NCBI GenBank assembly: GCA_020059915.1
Contig: JAGVBB010000003.1
Coordinates: 233,625-297,624 of the forward strand
Length of the DNA stretch: 64,000 bases
Direction: 5' to 3'
Source: Minisyncoccota bacterium
GTDB lineage: Bacteria > Patescibacteriota > Minisyncoccia > UBA6257 > GWB1-50-10
The notes beneath the pieces were generated by a model. The model was not told the origin of the DNA. It did no database searches and was given only the letters and a program-made list of their open reading frames with translations. Below, in pieces: positions 1-10,565 of this stretch. Both the position numbers and the translations under genes were made by a program. How positions within the stretch are numbered: the stretch's first letter is position 1; each line of letters starts with the position of its first letter.

Positions 1-345
1 ATGAATTGCCAAAAGAATTTGCTCCATTGCCTGAGGTCCTTTTTCAAGTTCTCGAGGGACTCTAAGTTCAATAAGGGTATTCTTTTCTACCGCCATTTCT
101 TTTTCTTTAAACTGTTCCTGTTTGATAAAAAGATAGATTGGTTTTACTAATTCAAATAAAAAGAAGAATAACCAAATTGGCCAAGTAAGCTCAATGAATC
201 TAATAAAAATATTAGCGATTTCTCTTGGAGCAATAATCGGAACAGCAATAGAAACACCAACAAGTGTCAGAAATATCCAGATTTCTGCCTTTCCCAAAAG
301 TTCGGTAAAAGTGTCGCCAAAATGTCCTGAAACCTCGTTTAACAT
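1..345 (-). CDS. partial CDS (N-terminus in window, continues beyond position 1): membrane protein of unknown function
   Basis: ATG at 343-345 on the minus strand opens a frame that stays open to the window edge (MLNEVSGHFGDTFTELLGKAEIWIFLTLVGVSIAVPIIAP...), with one hydrophobic helix. Absent from the ORF track because no stop falls inside the window. Confidence 0.35.
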   Translation of the reverse strand, partial: MLNEVSGHFGDTFTELLGKAEIWIFLTLVGVSIAVPIIAPREIANIFIRFIELTWPIWLFFFLFELVKPIYLFIKQEQFKEKEMAVEKNTLIELRVPRELEKGPQAMEQILLAIH

Positions 346-454
346 CACCTATATTGTAGCACCAAAGCATCCGCTTTGGAATTGAAAAAATAATAATCAA
401 AAAATTAAAGCATTAATATAAATATCTCAATGTTAAATCTTAAATTTTTCAATA

Positions 455-489
455 AAAAACCCGCTAGTCTATGGACTAGCGGGGTTTTG
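455..489 (-). terminator. rho-independent terminator hairpin CCCGCTAGTCTATGGACTAGCGGG plus T-run
   Basis: Perfect 10-bp stem with 4-nt loop at 459-484, followed on the minus strand by a U-run, immediately 3' of the 490..1500 CDS stop. Confidence 0.7.
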
Positions 490-1500
490 TTATGCTTGTT
501 TTGTATGATATTTTCCACTCTCAAGGCGAGTAAAGTGCTTTCTATTTTGAAGACTAAGTAAAATAGTATTTTCTTTAAGAAAGCGTTGTTTATTCACCAG
601 TGTTACCACTTCATTTGAAGATAGTGGTCCATGTTTTTTCAATAATGTTGTAATTACCTCACGAACAGTTCCTGCTTCAAATCCATGTTCCTTTAAACCA
701 TAAATTCCTCTACCCACAAGAACAAAGCGCGTATCTTTAATGAGTTCATTGTGAACCGTCTGTATGTGTGCTTTTTTCTTATCGAGCCCAAAATCATTTA
801 TGCTTTTTGCAACTGATTCAAAGTGTAGTGGCTGACCATGTTTTTTTAAGACAAGATATGCCTTATCACGAATCGTTTTTGGTTCAATCTCTGGCCATTC
901 ACACAATCCAAGATCACCAAACACATTAATACCAAAATGTTTGGGAATCGCAAGTAAATGTTCACAACCCTTACATTCAGCAATATATGATTTTTCACGA
1001 AGGATCTGATTTCGATCTCCCCCCTTAAAAAATTGTGTCATCCTTTTCACAAAAGAAGTAAAACCATCCTTTGCTTCTTTTGAAGAATACCAATATGCAT
1101 GTGTAGAATCATCCTCTTTTGCATAATGTGGAACTCCTGCAGCGAGGAATAAAAAGCGAAGCTTTTCTGAAATATACTTTGCGTCAGACCCCTGAAGTTT
1201 TTCCTTCATTGCTGCAATAAACGTTTCATCAGATTCAACCCCCTGTAACGAATCAAGCCTCTTTGTCGCTAAATCAATTAACTCCTTTGCTTCCTTTCGA
1301 ACGCGATCTCTGAGTTTTGATAATAATTGCTCTTCAATTTGACGAACACGCTCTCGAGTAATGTTAAGCTCATCCCCAATTTCTTGGAGCGTAAGACGCT
1401 TTCCATTTTTTAAACCAAAACGACCAAAGGCAACCTTTTTTTGCTTTGGGTTGAAATCCTCGAATAAGGAATTGATAAATTGTTCTATATTTTGGACCAT
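490..1500 (-). CDS. sigma-70 region-4 (HTH) domain-containing protein
   Basis: N-terminal segment LTLQEIGDELNITRERVRQIEEQLLSKLR matches the sigma-70 region 4 helix-turn-helix. The remaining ~270 aa have no family I recognise. Confidence 0.5.
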   Translation of the reverse strand: MVQNIEQFINSLFEDFNPKQKKVAFGRFGLKNGKRLTLQEIGDELNITRERVRQIEEQLLSKLRDRVRKEAKELIDLATKRLDSLQGVESDETFIAAMKEKLQGSDAKYISEKLRFLFLAAGVPHYAKEDDSTHAYWYSSKEAKDGFTSFVKRMTQFFKGGDRNQILREKSYIAECKGCEHLLAIPKHFGINVFGDLGLCEWPEIEPKTIRDKAYLVLKKHGQPLHFESVAKSINDFGLDKKKAHIQTVHNELIKDTRFVLVGRGIYGLKEHGFEAGTVREVITTLLKKHGPLSSNEVVTLVNKQRFLKENTILLSLQNRKHFTRLESGKYHTKQA

Positions 1501-1652
1501 AATTCGTAAATGTTGTCTACTGTTACCATGTTAATATACACTATTCCTGGTGTCAAGTCAACCCCGTGTGAAATTGAACAATCCTTGGTAGTTCTCTATA
1601 TTGGCTACACGATTCTAACGAATAGATAGGCGTATACAATCCATGATATAGG

Positions 1653-2552
1653 TTATTTAATACCCCGTTTTGCCCAAGAATAAAGAAGTGGACTCGCAAG
1701 AAATATTGATGAATATGTACCAAATATCGTTCCTACAAGGATAGTGAGAATAAAGTAATACAGAGAAGAAGGACCAAATAAGAGCATTGCAACCAAGACA
1801 ATAATGAGCGTCACCGTTGTATTAATTGAACGAGCAAACGTCTCTCGTACACTCACATTGATTATTTCTGCAAATTCATCCTTTCCCCGACGAGTAATAA
1901 GATTTTCGCGAATGCGATCAAACACAACAATTGTGTCATGAACAGAAAATCCCATAACCACAAGGAGGGCAACAATAAAATTAGTATCAATCTCTATCCC
2001 CTTCCACCATCCCAAAAGAGCAAGAAGTCCTGTAGGAATAATAACATCATGAAACAAAGAAATGAGTGTAGCAAAACCATATTTCCAAGAAGATATCGGT
2101 TTTGAAACTTTTCTAAATGCATATGCAATATAAAATGATATACCAAACAACACTAAAATAATTGCAGTAATAGCACGTTTTCGTAGCTCATCTCCTATAG
2201 TTGGACCAATATTAGAAAAGCTCAATTCAGTATATGTTCCAACCGAAAGTAATACTTCCTTATATGCCTCGTATTCCTCTTGTGTAGCATTAGGAAGTCG
2301 TAGAATAAAAGAATCCTCTTCTGTTTTTCGGATTGATTGCTCACCTTTCTGTTCTACCAACCGAAGCGCCTGACGTACTACGTCTTCTGAAATGCTCTTG
2401 TTTTCAAACGAAACCTCCCAACGCACGCCACCACGAAGATCTATACCCTGCTTCAAACCTAATGTTCCAATAAGCACAATGGAAAGAATAACCATTAATC
2501 CAGAAAATCCGAGAAAATAATTTTTATATTTGATTAAATTAAAGTTCTTCAT
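1653..2552 (-). CDS. secF: protein translocase subunit SecF
   Basis: 299 aa, N-terminal TM then GIDLRGG motif, six-TM SecDF-type C-terminal half; lies directly downstream of secD. Confidence 0.9.
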   Translation of the reverse strand: MKNFNLIKYKNYFLGFSGLMVILSIVLIGTLGLKQGIDLRGGVRWEVSFENKSISEDVVRQALRLVEQKGEQSIRKTEEDSFILRLPNATQEEYEAYKEVLLSVGTYTELSFSNIGPTIGDELRKRAITAIILVLFGISFYIAYAFRKVSKPISSWKYGFATLISLFHDVIIPTGLLALLGWWKGIEIDTNFIVALLVVMGFSVHDTIVVFDRIRENLITRRGKDEFAEIINVSVRETFARSINTTVTLIIVLVAMLLFGPSSLYYFILTILVGTIFGTYSSIFLASPLLYSWAKRGIK

Positions 2553-2553
2553 G

Positions 2554-3843
2554 TTATTTAGTAAATAATTTAAGCATCATGCGCGTTGTTGTGATCGCGC
2601 TGAACATACTTATCACGACACCAACAAATAGGGTAAGGGCAAATCCCTGTACAAATCCAGAAGTAAAGAAATAAAGAACACCAGAGGTTATCATGGTAGA
2701 AATGTTTGAATCACGAATGGATGTCCACGCACGATGGAATCCTTCGTTAATAGCCACCGAATGAGCAAATCCCTTTTTGAATTCTTCTTGTGTTCTTTCA
2801 AATACAAGGATATTGGCATCTACCGCCATTCCAATAGAAAGAATAAAACCAGCGATTCCAGAAAGTGTCATAGTAACCCCCAAAAGCTTGAATAACCCAA
2901 GAACTAATGCGATATAAAATAGAAGTGCTACCGATGCAAAAACACCAAGTTTGCGATAATATGCAATCATGAAAAGCATAATAAGTACCGTTCCTATTGC
3001 TCCAGCGAAAATTGCCTTATCTAATGAATCCTGTCCGAAATCAGATCCAATCGTTTGTTGGTTGATGAGCTTTATTGGAGCAGGAAGTGCTCCAGCATTG
3101 AACCGTTCTACAATTTGTTTTGCGCGCTCTAAAGAAAACTGTCCGGTGATACGGGCACTCCCTCCAGATATTTTTGATTGAACGGTTGGGCAACTATCAT
3201 TGATATCCTCGGGAATAATCGGTTGTCCATCAAGAAATAAACATATTGGTTTTCCAATATTCTTTCCAGTAATTTCTTCAAAATGAGTTGCCCCTTCGTC
3301 ATTAAGTGAAAAATCTATCTCAATAACATTTGTCTGGGGGTCTCTCCCTAACGCCGCACGAGTCACATATCTTCCATTTAATGCGGTTGGCACAAAAGCA
3401 ACGGTGCTGGAACCATTTTCTAGTGTTGCCTCCTCCACCTCGCGGAACTCAAGAAATGGCGTTTCTCCAATCATGGTCACTGCCTTTTCCACGTCTTTAA
3501 TCCCCGCCAACTCAACGACAAGACGATTTGATTCTCCAACTTTTTCTCCGTATACCTTTGGCTCACTAACTCCAAACATATTCACTCGTTTCTCAATAAC
3601 ATCACGGAGTCCGCGCGCAACGATATCTTTATCTGCATCTTTAATCTGGGAAAGATCTATTTCATACGTAAGCGCTGTTCCTCCAGCAAGATCAAGACCC
3701 AAACTCCATGGTCTCCAACCATTTATCGTCTTCCATATGGGGTCATAAGAAAAAATTCCCGCAATGACGGATACGATAACAATAAACGACAAAAAAAGTT
3801 TTAAGCGATTTCGCTCATGTTTCATACACAAAATAGTGTACAC
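2554..3843 (-). CDS. secD: protein translocase subunit SecD
   Basis: 429 aa, LGLDLAGG motif, periplasmic domain plus C-terminal TM bundle; secD-secF arrangement. Confidence 0.9.
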   Translation of the reverse strand: MYTILCMKHERNRLKLFLSFIVIVSVIAGIFSYDPIWKTINGWRPWSLGLDLAGGTALTYEIDLSQIKDADKDIVARGLRDVIEKRVNMFGVSEPKVYGEKVGESNRLVVELAGIKDVEKAVTMIGETPFLEFREVEEATLENGSSTVAFVPTALNGRYVTRAALGRDPQTNVIEIDFSLNDEGATHFEEITGKNIGKPICLFLDGQPIIPEDINDSCPTVQSKISGGSARITGQFSLERAKQIVERFNAGALPAPIKLINQQTIGSDFGQDSLDKAIFAGAIGTVLIMLFMIAYYRKLGVFASVALLFYIALVLGLFKLLGVTMTLSGIAGFILSIGMAVDANILVFERTQEEFKKGFAHSVAINEGFHRAWTSIRDSNISTMITSGVLYFFTSGFVQGFALTLFVGVVISMFSAITTTRMMLKLFTK

Positions 3844-3893
3844 CGAGAATTAATAGATTGCAAAATCAATTTTCATCTCCATACAATTACTTT

Positions 3894-4739
3894 CTATTTT
3901 TTCATTACATCAATAAATCTCTCTGGGTCCACTGATATTCCATGTATCTTTAAAGAAAGGTGGAGATGTGGTCCAAATGAATATCCAGTATTTCCTACAA
4001 AACCAATCTTTTCACCCGCTCTCACCAACTCCCCATCTCCTTTTAATCGCTCATCAAGGTGCATATAAAGCGAAAAAACACCCCTACCATGGTCTATAAT
4101 AATGGTATTTCCATATACCTCATCAAAATAAGATTTTGATACAATTCCTCCAGAAATCGCATACACCTCACTTCCTTTTTTGGCCTTATAATCAATACCC
4201 CAATGCCTAATAATTGTTTTCCCCGTCTTTCTTATCTCCCCATATGGACTTGTAATTTCGTCTGCTGTAAGAAGTGGAGATTGAAATCGTTCATTAAAAT
4301 ATACAAACTCAGTTTTTTTTCCCACCACCTCGTCTATTGCAACCTTCTCTTTAGATAAATTTGAAACCAAAGTATCAGTAGTAAGTGTTGAGCCCTTCGG
4401 AATACCTAAAGAAACAGAGGGAAATTTTTTTGCTCTAATCCATATAGTACGCGTTGCGAGAGATCCATCAGAAAGTATTACATATAAAATATGTTTTTTT
4501 ATCGGTTCGTTCCCAGCGATAGGAATAAGTGCAACAAAATTGCCATTATATGGGAAAAAAGAAACAGATGCATTTTTAAAAAATGCATACGCTACTCCGG
4601 AATTTTCAAGCGTAACCCTAACTACGTCTCCTTGAAAGGGGCTATTTGTTGAAAGAGTGAGCCGTGGTTTTGATGCACCAAAAACAAATATAGGAGAGAA
4701 ACAAATAATACACACAATAAAGATGACTAACTTCTTCAC
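3894..4739 (-). CDS. M23 family metallopeptidase (LytM-like)
   Basis: C-terminal HxxxD ... GxTGxSxGPHLH motif (GNTGYSFGPHLHLSLKIHG), with N-terminal signal peptide. Confidence 0.85.
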   Translation of the reverse strand: MKKLVIFIVCIICFSPIFVFGASKPRLTLSTNSPFQGDVVRVTLENSGVAYAFFKNASVSFFPYNGNFVALIPIAGNEPIKKHILYVILSDGSLATRTIWIRAKKFPSVSLGIPKGSTLTTDTLVSNLSKEKVAIDEVVGKKTEFVYFNERFQSPLLTADEITSPYGEIRKTGKTIIRHWGIDYKAKKGSEVYAISGGIVSKSYFDEVYGNTIIIDHGRGVFSLYMHLDERLKGDGELVRAGEKIGFVGNTGYSFGPHLHLSLKIHGISVDPERFIDVMKK

Positions 4740-4771
4740 CTATGTATACTAACGCATTATTTGTTTTAAAA

Positions 4772-5788
4772 CTACAAAATTAACATAGCATCACCAAATG
4801 AATAAAATCTGAATTTTTCTTGTATTGCAATAGCATACAAATCAAGAATATTCCGTTTCGCCCCCTTGTGTGTCAAAAATGCATCAACGAGATACATTAA
4901 GGATGACTCTGAAACATGAAAATTAGTAATTAAACCGGTAGCAACAGTGAACGTAAAAGGTTTTTTAATAAATAAGTTTGTTATTCCCTCTTGGTTTTTC
5001 GTTGCTCCATATGACTCAAGCGCTCTCATTGCCGTGGTGCCAACGGGAATAATATTACTCTGAGAATTATGTATTACTTCTATCGTTTTATCAGAAATAG
5101 AATATTTTTCACTATGAAGGTGTCCCGCCTGTAATTGTTCATCACTCACTGGTGCGAATGTCCCCATACCAACGTGGAGAATAATTTCAGAAACAGCTAT
5201 CTGTTTCTTTTTTAATGAATGGAATACGTCCTCTGTAAAATGTAGTGATGCTGTAGGTGCAGCAATTGATGCTGGAATTTGTGCAAAAATACTTTGATAT
5301 GAATTCCTCAATATTGTCTCAGAAAGATGGTGTTCTTTTATATATTTAGGAATTGGTGTATTTCCAAATTTTTCCAAAATAGAAATAATTTCATGTTCAT
5401 CAAAAAGACATTGTAAAATAAAAAACTGATTCTTTTGGTCAACAACCCTACACGACCTTCGATCAGGAAAATAAAGAATCTGCCCAATGGTTAATTTTCT
5501 ATCAGCAATTGAACAAATTTCTCTTCCTCCGTTATATTCATTTATCAAGAATAGGACCTCAACCTTTCCCCCAGTTTCCTTTTCCATATATACACGGGCG
5601 GGAACCACCTTGGTTTTATTAATAATAAGCGTACTATGTTCCGGAATATATATGGAAAGATTGTTAAACGTATCAAAATATACAGCGTCTGTTTTTGTAT
5701 CATAGACAAATAAACGCGAGGCATCCCTTGGTTCTGCGGGTTTCTGAGCAATTAATTCTTTTGGTAATTGGTAAAAATAGTTATTCAT
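4772..5788 (-). CDS. queA: S-adenosylmethionine:tRNA ribosyltransferase-isomerase QueA
   Basis: 338 aa with N-terminal LPKELIAQKPAEPRDASRLFVY typical of QueA; adjacent to tgt. Confidence 0.85.
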   Translation of the reverse strand: MNNYFYQLPKELIAQKPAEPRDASRLFVYDTKTDAVYFDTFNNLSIYIPEHSTLIINKTKVVPARVYMEKETGGKVEVLFLINEYNGGREICSIADRKLTIGQILYFPDRRSCRVVDQKNQFFILQCLFDEHEIISILEKFGNTPIPKYIKEHHLSETILRNSYQSIFAQIPASIAAPTASLHFTEDVFHSLKKKQIAVSEIILHVGMGTFAPVSDEQLQAGHLHSEKYSISDKTIEVIHNSQSNIIPVGTTAMRALESYGATKNQEGITNLFIKKPFTFTVATGLITNFHVSESSLMYLVDAFLTHKGAKRNILDLYAIAIQEKFRFYSFGDAMLIL

Positions 5789-5969
5789 CCCGTTAGAGAC
5801 AGGAAATGGTTATAAAAAGAGAATCATAACCATGTCCTGTAGTGTGTGCAATGTATATACACGTTGTGTTGTCGTTTTTATTTTGTATAACCATTTCCGT
5901 CGTGATTATTATTTTTACATCCCAATGAACCAAGTATAAAACAATATATTTGATTGTCACCAAACGTCT

Positions 5970-7211
5970 CTAACGGGATTCATCCCGGTTATTACTATTG
6001 AGATCGCTAAGGGACTGCTTTTTAAATTCTGAAAAATTACCAACATGTATTGCATCTCGGAGATCTTTCATAAATGTATTGAAAAAAAATACATTGTGCA
6101 TGGTCGCATACCTACCCGCACTATCATCTTTTTCCTTGAATAATCGATAAAGCGCACCCCTTGTGATGCCACCTATACACGTTGGACACATACAACCATT
6201 AGCTAATGGCTCATTATTATCCAAATATTTTGTCTTCTTAATATCATATCTCCCAAAACGGGTCCAGATTCCTCCATGTCTCGCTTCGCGTGTTGGAATA
6301 ACACAATCAAATGTATCAATACCCCGTTCAACTCCATCCAATATATCTTCAATTCGTCCCACCCCAAGTAAATGCCTCGGCTTGTCATCAGGTAAATACG
6401 GAACGCTCCAATCAATAACATTCCTCATCTCCTCCTTTCCAAACGATCCACCAATAGCAAAACCATCAAATGGCATGCCACCGATGATCTTTGCACTTCT
6501 CTTCCTTAGATCTTCAAAATCGCCCCCTTGAACAATTCCATATAACAATTGCGAATTGTTTTTCTTTTTTTTAATACAACGTAATGCCCACCGATGAGTT
6601 CGATTCATAGCCCACGTTGTGTACCAATATCCATGTTTTGGAGAAGTACATTCATCAAATGCAAGAATAATATCCGCACCCAACTGCTCCTGAATCTCAA
6701 TAGACATTTCTGGAGTAAGTACTATAGGGTGTTTGTCACCGTATGATTCATCTATAAACCATGCTCCTGCGTTGGTAATTCTTACAGAATTCTTCTTATT
6801 TCGAATCCCAGCTTTTGCTCGCAATGCAAGAATAGCATCACCTATAAAACCATTTTTTTTATGAGAAAAGAAACCAACTTTGGAAACATTATGTTCCCGA
6901 GAAAACCCAAGCGAAAAAACTTGAAAACCTCCAGAGTCCGTCATAATAACTCCATCAAATTCCAATTTTTTATGCAATCCTTCAAAATGCTCGATCGACT
7001 CGCCTAATTCACGAAATAAATGATAGGTATTCGAAATGATCATTTGAGTTTTAGAATTTTTTATGTCATGAGAATTCAATGTTTTTACCGCACCCCGTGT
7101 TCCGACAACAACATATGAGGGGGTCTCAACAACCCCACCATCCTTCGTTTTAAGGATGCCCGTACGAGCACGTGTGTTCTTATCGCGTCCAGTTATAGAA
7201 AAAAAATCCAT
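5970..7211 (-). CDS. tgt: queuine tRNA-ribosyltransferase (tRNA-guanine transglycosylase)
   Basis: 413 aa with VIMTDSGGFQVFSLG and zinc-site CxCxxC...H near the C-terminus (CMCPTC); tgt-queA-secDF synteny as in many bacteria. Confidence 0.9.
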   Translation of the reverse strand: MDFFSITGRDKNTRARTGILKTKDGGVVETPSYVVVGTRGAVKTLNSHDIKNSKTQMIISNTYHLFRELGESIEHFEGLHKKLEFDGVIMTDSGGFQVFSLGFSREHNVSKVGFFSHKKNGFIGDAILALRAKAGIRNKKNSVRITNAGAWFIDESYGDKHPIVLTPEMSIEIQEQLGADIILAFDECTSPKHGYWYTTWAMNRTHRWALRCIKKKKNNSQLLYGIVQGGDFEDLRKRSAKIIGGMPFDGFAIGGSFGKEEMRNVIDWSVPYLPDDKPRHLLGVGRIEDILDGVERGIDTFDCVIPTREARHGGIWTRFGRYDIKKTKYLDNNEPLANGCMCPTCIGGITRGALYRLFKEKDDSAGRYATMHNVFFFNTFMKDLRDAIHVGNFSEFKKQSLSDLNSNNRDESR

Positions 7212-7262
7212 ATATACTCACTTAATCATCAACGTCACAAAATCTCAAGTAAAAATCCCCAC

Positions 7263-7655
7263 CTAAATAGTGGGGAAAATAACCGCGTGCCAACCATTAC
7301 AAAAATGGAGTCTATCAAATGGTACAGCAAAGCCTTTAGCAAAATGAAGAGCAACCTCAATTTTAAATGAATCAGCCGTAACTTTCCTGAATTGAATAAG
7401 TTCCTTAAGAGAATCCATTTCCTTGAGTAAATCTTTTTTTGAAATTTTTTCTTCAAGAAAACTCACGCGAAGTGCTCTCGCTTTCTTTTGGCACATATGT
7501 GAAACAAACATTTCCACATGACGTAAAACACGAATATCGTGGGGAATAATTCCAAGGGTTTTTGCACTGTTTGGAATTCCAGCTAAAAAATCATTTTTTT
7601 CGTCTGGAACAATTTTGTATTCATGCTTTCCAATGTTAAGAATTATTTCTGACAT
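7263..7655 (-). CDS. hypothetical protein
   Basis: 130-aa ORF with good coding periodicity and no recognisable motif. Confidence 0.5.
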   Translation of the reverse strand: MSEIILNIGKHEYKIVPDEKNDFLAGIPNSAKTLGIIPHDIRVLRHVEMFVSHMCQKKARALRVSFLEEKISKKDLLKEMDSLKELIQFRKVTADSFKIEVALHFAKGFAVPFDRLHFCNGWHAVIFPTI

Positions 7656-7664
7656 ATCGCCCTC

Positions 7665-8183
7665 CTAGGATAATTTGGTAAATGTAAGAATCTCTGGATA
7701 TGATTTAAATAATCGTGGACAATCATACACATCCAATACTTTTGAAAGTCTTACAATACTCCGTTCTGAACCCTCAATCTCAACAAATTTTTGTCCAGTC
7801 TCTAGCTCATCAAGTTCAACATGAGTATTTTTATTGACTTCCCAATGTTCCCTTCGTTTTTTATAAAAAAACTTTGGAACCAAATCCAAACAATTTAGGA
7901 GTCCTTCCACCTGTTTTTTGTCCGTAACAATAAACTGAAATTCGTCGCGGTTCTTTGCACGTGTGCTGTCTTTTAGATCACGCTTGCATGTTATTGAAAT
8001 TGAATGATTTCTCCAATCTCGTATTCTCAGTGAAACACCCCGAGCTCTCAGAGACTCATCACGAAAATCATAATATTGAGTTTCTTCCATTCCTTTCCAA
8101 ATGAGTTTCGCTCCGATTGCATCAAGTCTTTCCTTTACCTTAGTAAAGGTTTTTACTCCAAATTTCATTTCTTTCTCTTTCAT
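7665..8183 (-). CDS. CYTH-domain protein (class IV adenylate cyclase / triphosphatase fold)
   Basis: 172 aa with alternating charged beta-strand pattern typical of the CYTH triphosphate tunnel (KFGVKTF...EIEG). Confidence 0.6.
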   Translation of the reverse strand: MKEKEMKFGVKTFTKVKERLDAIGAKLIWKGMEETQYYDFRDESLRARGVSLRIRDWRNHSISITCKRDLKDSTRAKNRDEFQFIVTDKKQVEGLLNCLDLVPKFFYKKRREHWEVNKNTHVELDELETGQKFVEIEGSERSIVRLSKVLDVYDCPRLFKSYPEILTFTKLS

Positions 8184-8227
8184 AATCTTCTCCGTTTGTT
8201 ATTAATTTTCTAACGTCATCCTATCAA

Positions 8228-8265
8228 GAAACATAAATAAAAACAAACCCCCATAGGGGGATTTA
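8228..8265 (-). terminator. terminator hairpin CCCCC-ATAG-GGGGG plus T-run
   Basis: Lies 3' of the FKBP gene stop on the minus strand. Confidence 0.6.
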
Positions 8266-8268
8266 TTT

Positions 8269-8781
8269 TTATTTAACACTGAGAAGTTCTACTTCGAATA
8301 CCAGTGTAGCATTTGGTGGGATCACATTTCCTGCTCCTTGCGATCCATATCCAAGATCTGGCGGAATAGTAAGTCGTCTCTTTCCTCCAACCTTCATACC
8401 AGAAACTCCCTCATCCCATCCTCTGATAACCTGCCCGACGCCAAGAGAAAATGTAAATGGTGTTCCACGATCAAGAGAGCTGTCAAATTTAGTTCCATCG
8501 ATAAGTGTACCAGTATAGTGCACCGTGACCACGTTTCCCGCTTTTGCCTCATCTCCCGTTCCAACCGCTATATCTCCAATTTGGAGTCCGCTTGGTAGTG
8601 TCTGCATTATTATATTTGTTTGTTCTTGCATAGATGTTTGTATTTGTTGGTTTGACTCAGGTAATAGTGACTCTTGCGTCGCGCTCTCTCGTGGTGTTTG
8701 TGTCCAAAGGACTATACCAACCCCCACAATGACAAGTGCAACAATAATTAATGTTGTTTTTTTATTGTTCATCCGATACAT
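8269..8781 (-). CDS. FKBP-type peptidyl-prolyl cis-trans isomerase (secreted)
   Basis: C-terminal [18 protein letters not shown]...[13 protein letters not shown]...LVFEVELL is the FKBP signature; N-terminal TM/signal. Confidence 0.9.
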   Translation of the reverse strand: MYRMNNKKTTLIIVALVIVGVGIVLWTQTPRESATQESLLPESNQQIQTSMQEQTNIIMQTLPSGLQIGDIAVGTGDEAKAGNVVTVHYTGTLIDGTKFDSSLDRGTPFTFSLGVGQVIRGWDEGVSGMKVGGKRRLTIPPDLGYGSQGAGNVIPPNATLVFEVELLSVK

Positions 8782-8790
8782 TGTAGCATA

Positions 8791-9126
8791 TCAATCATCA
8801 CAATGAATAAGGTCACCAAGTTCTGTTTGTGTCTGTTCGATCGTACCCGCAGGAAATTCAAAAACCTTCTTATATTTTGGATTCCAAAAAAAGAATCTTT
8901 TTGGTCCCATATTTTTTCGTATCGAGCGAACATATCCGCTATCATCACAAACTGCACAATCAATGGGAAAACGCATACCAAACGTGTGTATCCCCCACCG
9001 CGTATCAAATAACATTGCATCGGTTTCAATAGCATCCAATAGCCCCCTCATTTTTTCCTCGTTTGTTTTTGCAATCTTTATTTCGTTATACAAAACCTTG
9101 TTTTTTGTCTTATTGAATACTTTCAT
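8791..9126 (-). CDS. DUF192 (COG1430) family protein
   Basis: RGLLD...MLFDTRWGIHTFGMRFPIDCAV pattern of DUF192. Confidence 0.6.
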   Translation of the reverse strand: MKVFNKTKNKVLYNEIKIAKTNEEKMRGLLDAIETDAMLFDTRWGIHTFGMRFPIDCAVCDDSGYVRSIRKNMGPKRFFFWNPKYKKVFEFPAGTIEQTQTELGDLIHCDD

Positions 9127-9983
9127 TATTTCAACAACTTTTTCATTATTTCAACATTTTTGATGTCAGGACCAGAACCATCAAATCCAGGGACCTCCAA
9201 AATCCACGGAATTGAGTGTAGCCGTTTGTCAGAAAATAACGCACGGAATCCTTCTTTCCCTATCTTCCCCTCACCAATATTTGCGTGCCTGTCATGATGA
9301 GAGCCAGAATCAGTCATTGAATCATTGGCATGAATTGCACAAAGATTTTGAATACCAATTTCCTTGTCAAATTCATCAAACAGCCTTTTCACCGAATTTT
9401 TTGTATAAGAGGTAACCCACCCCGCCTCAAATGCATGTGCAGTATCAAAACAAACTCCAAGCCGATCGGACTCCGTTTTTTGATACAATTCACCCATCTC
9501 TTTTATGGAATCTCCAACCTTATCCCCACCCCCTGCGGTATTCTCCATAATAAGCTTTGCCTTCCCAGGAACCCTATTAATTATCTCTTTCATTGCCTCT
9601 ATTTCTTGAATAAGCGCTTCTTCTCTCGTGATCCCCTTTGACGATCCAATATGGAAAATAAGTCCATGTGCTCCTATTAGTTCTGCAATTGAAAGATGAT
9701 CAATTAAACTTTGTTTCGATTGTAAAAAAATATCACTATTCCCACTTGCAAGGTTCACTAAATATGCAGCGTGCAAGAATACATGTGAAATTGAGTATTT
9801 TTTTATCCCATGTTTGAATTTTTCACACTCCTCTTGTGTTGGCATCTTTGCACGCCAAGAACGTGGAGATGCTCCAAATATTTGAATTGATTGAACTCCA
9901 AGTTTTTCTCCACGATCAACAGCGGTGTGGAGTCCACCTGCGGTAGAAACGTGAGCACCTAAAACAAATTTTGACATAGACAT
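9126..9983 (-). CDS. nfo: deoxyribonuclease IV (endonuclease IV, AP endonuclease)
   Basis: 285-aa TIM-barrel AP endonuclease 2 family with LGAHVS...IENTAGGG...H..Y motifs. Confidence 0.85.
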   Translation of the reverse strand: MSMSKFVLGAHVSTAGGLHTAVDRGEKLGVQSIQIFGASPRSWRAKMPTQEECEKFKHGIKKYSISHVFLHAAYLVNLASGNSDIFLQSKQSLIDHLSIAELIGAHGLIFHIGSSKGITREEALIQEIEAMKEIINRVPGKAKLIMENTAGGGDKVGDSIKEMGELYQKTESDRLGVCFDTAHAFEAGWVTSYTKNSVKRLFDEFDKEIGIQNLCAIHANDSMTDSGSHHDRHANIGEGKIGKEGFRALFSDKRLHSIPWILEVPGFDGSGPDIKNVEIMKKLLK

Positions 9984-10565
9984 TTACGGATTTGTTGACC
10001 ACTCATCACTTCCATCAACTAACATTTTCACATCTTGTATTGATGGAAATTGTTTCGCTGTTGCTTTAATTTGGGATATTACACCAGCAAGAGCACAAGA
10101 TCCACCCATAAATGGGGGTCTATTGAACTCAATAGTTAATATTCCATTTTCTAAATTTACTGAATTAATATGCAACCCAATTTCCTTAGGAATGGCACTT
10201 ATATATCCATCTCCACGCTCGCTCTCGGTTGGACCAATAATAAGCTCTTGAAGTGCTTGATGTGCAACACCGGGGACACGTTCCACTTTTCGCAAGACAG
10301 GAAACACTCTCCCACATTCAATAAGGTTCGGATCATTCGCTAACTTTGGGTTCTGAAAAAAAACAGAAATCTGCATAACATCCCCAGATCCACCAATAAG
10401 ATCATCATTGGAAGTATTATTTCTATGAGAAATTTCTACAAGTGCATTTTTTTCTGCAGTAAGACGATTTTCGTATCGAGAAATAGCGATAAACCCGACG
10501 CACAAAATCAACAAGATAATTATGAACAGTGTAATACGTTTTTGTATATTAATTTTTTCTCTCAT
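9984..10565 (-). CDS. GerMN domain-containing protein
   Basis: N-terminal TM, then GerMN-like core (VFPVLRKVERVPGVAHQALQELIIGPTESERGDGYISAIP). Confidence 0.6.
   Translation of the reverse strand: MREKINIQKRITLFIIILLILCVGFIAISRYENRLTAEKNALVEISHRNNTSNDDLIGGSGDVMQISVFFQNPKLANDPNLIECGRVFPVLRKVERVPGVAHQALQELIIGPTESERGDGYISAIPKEIGLHINSVNLENGILTIEFNRPPFMGGSCALAGVISQIKATAKQFPSIQDVKMLVDGSDEWSTNP

Noticed and set aside
3404-3748. Plus-strand ORFs inside secD, secF and uvrA (for example 2969..3181, 3404..3748, 14652..15094)
   Set aside because: They lie entirely antisense within well-supported conserved genes and have low-complexity translations.
7235-7456. 73-aa ORF overlapping the 3' part of 7263..7655
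   Set aside because: It is an alternative frame of a longer ORF with better coding character.
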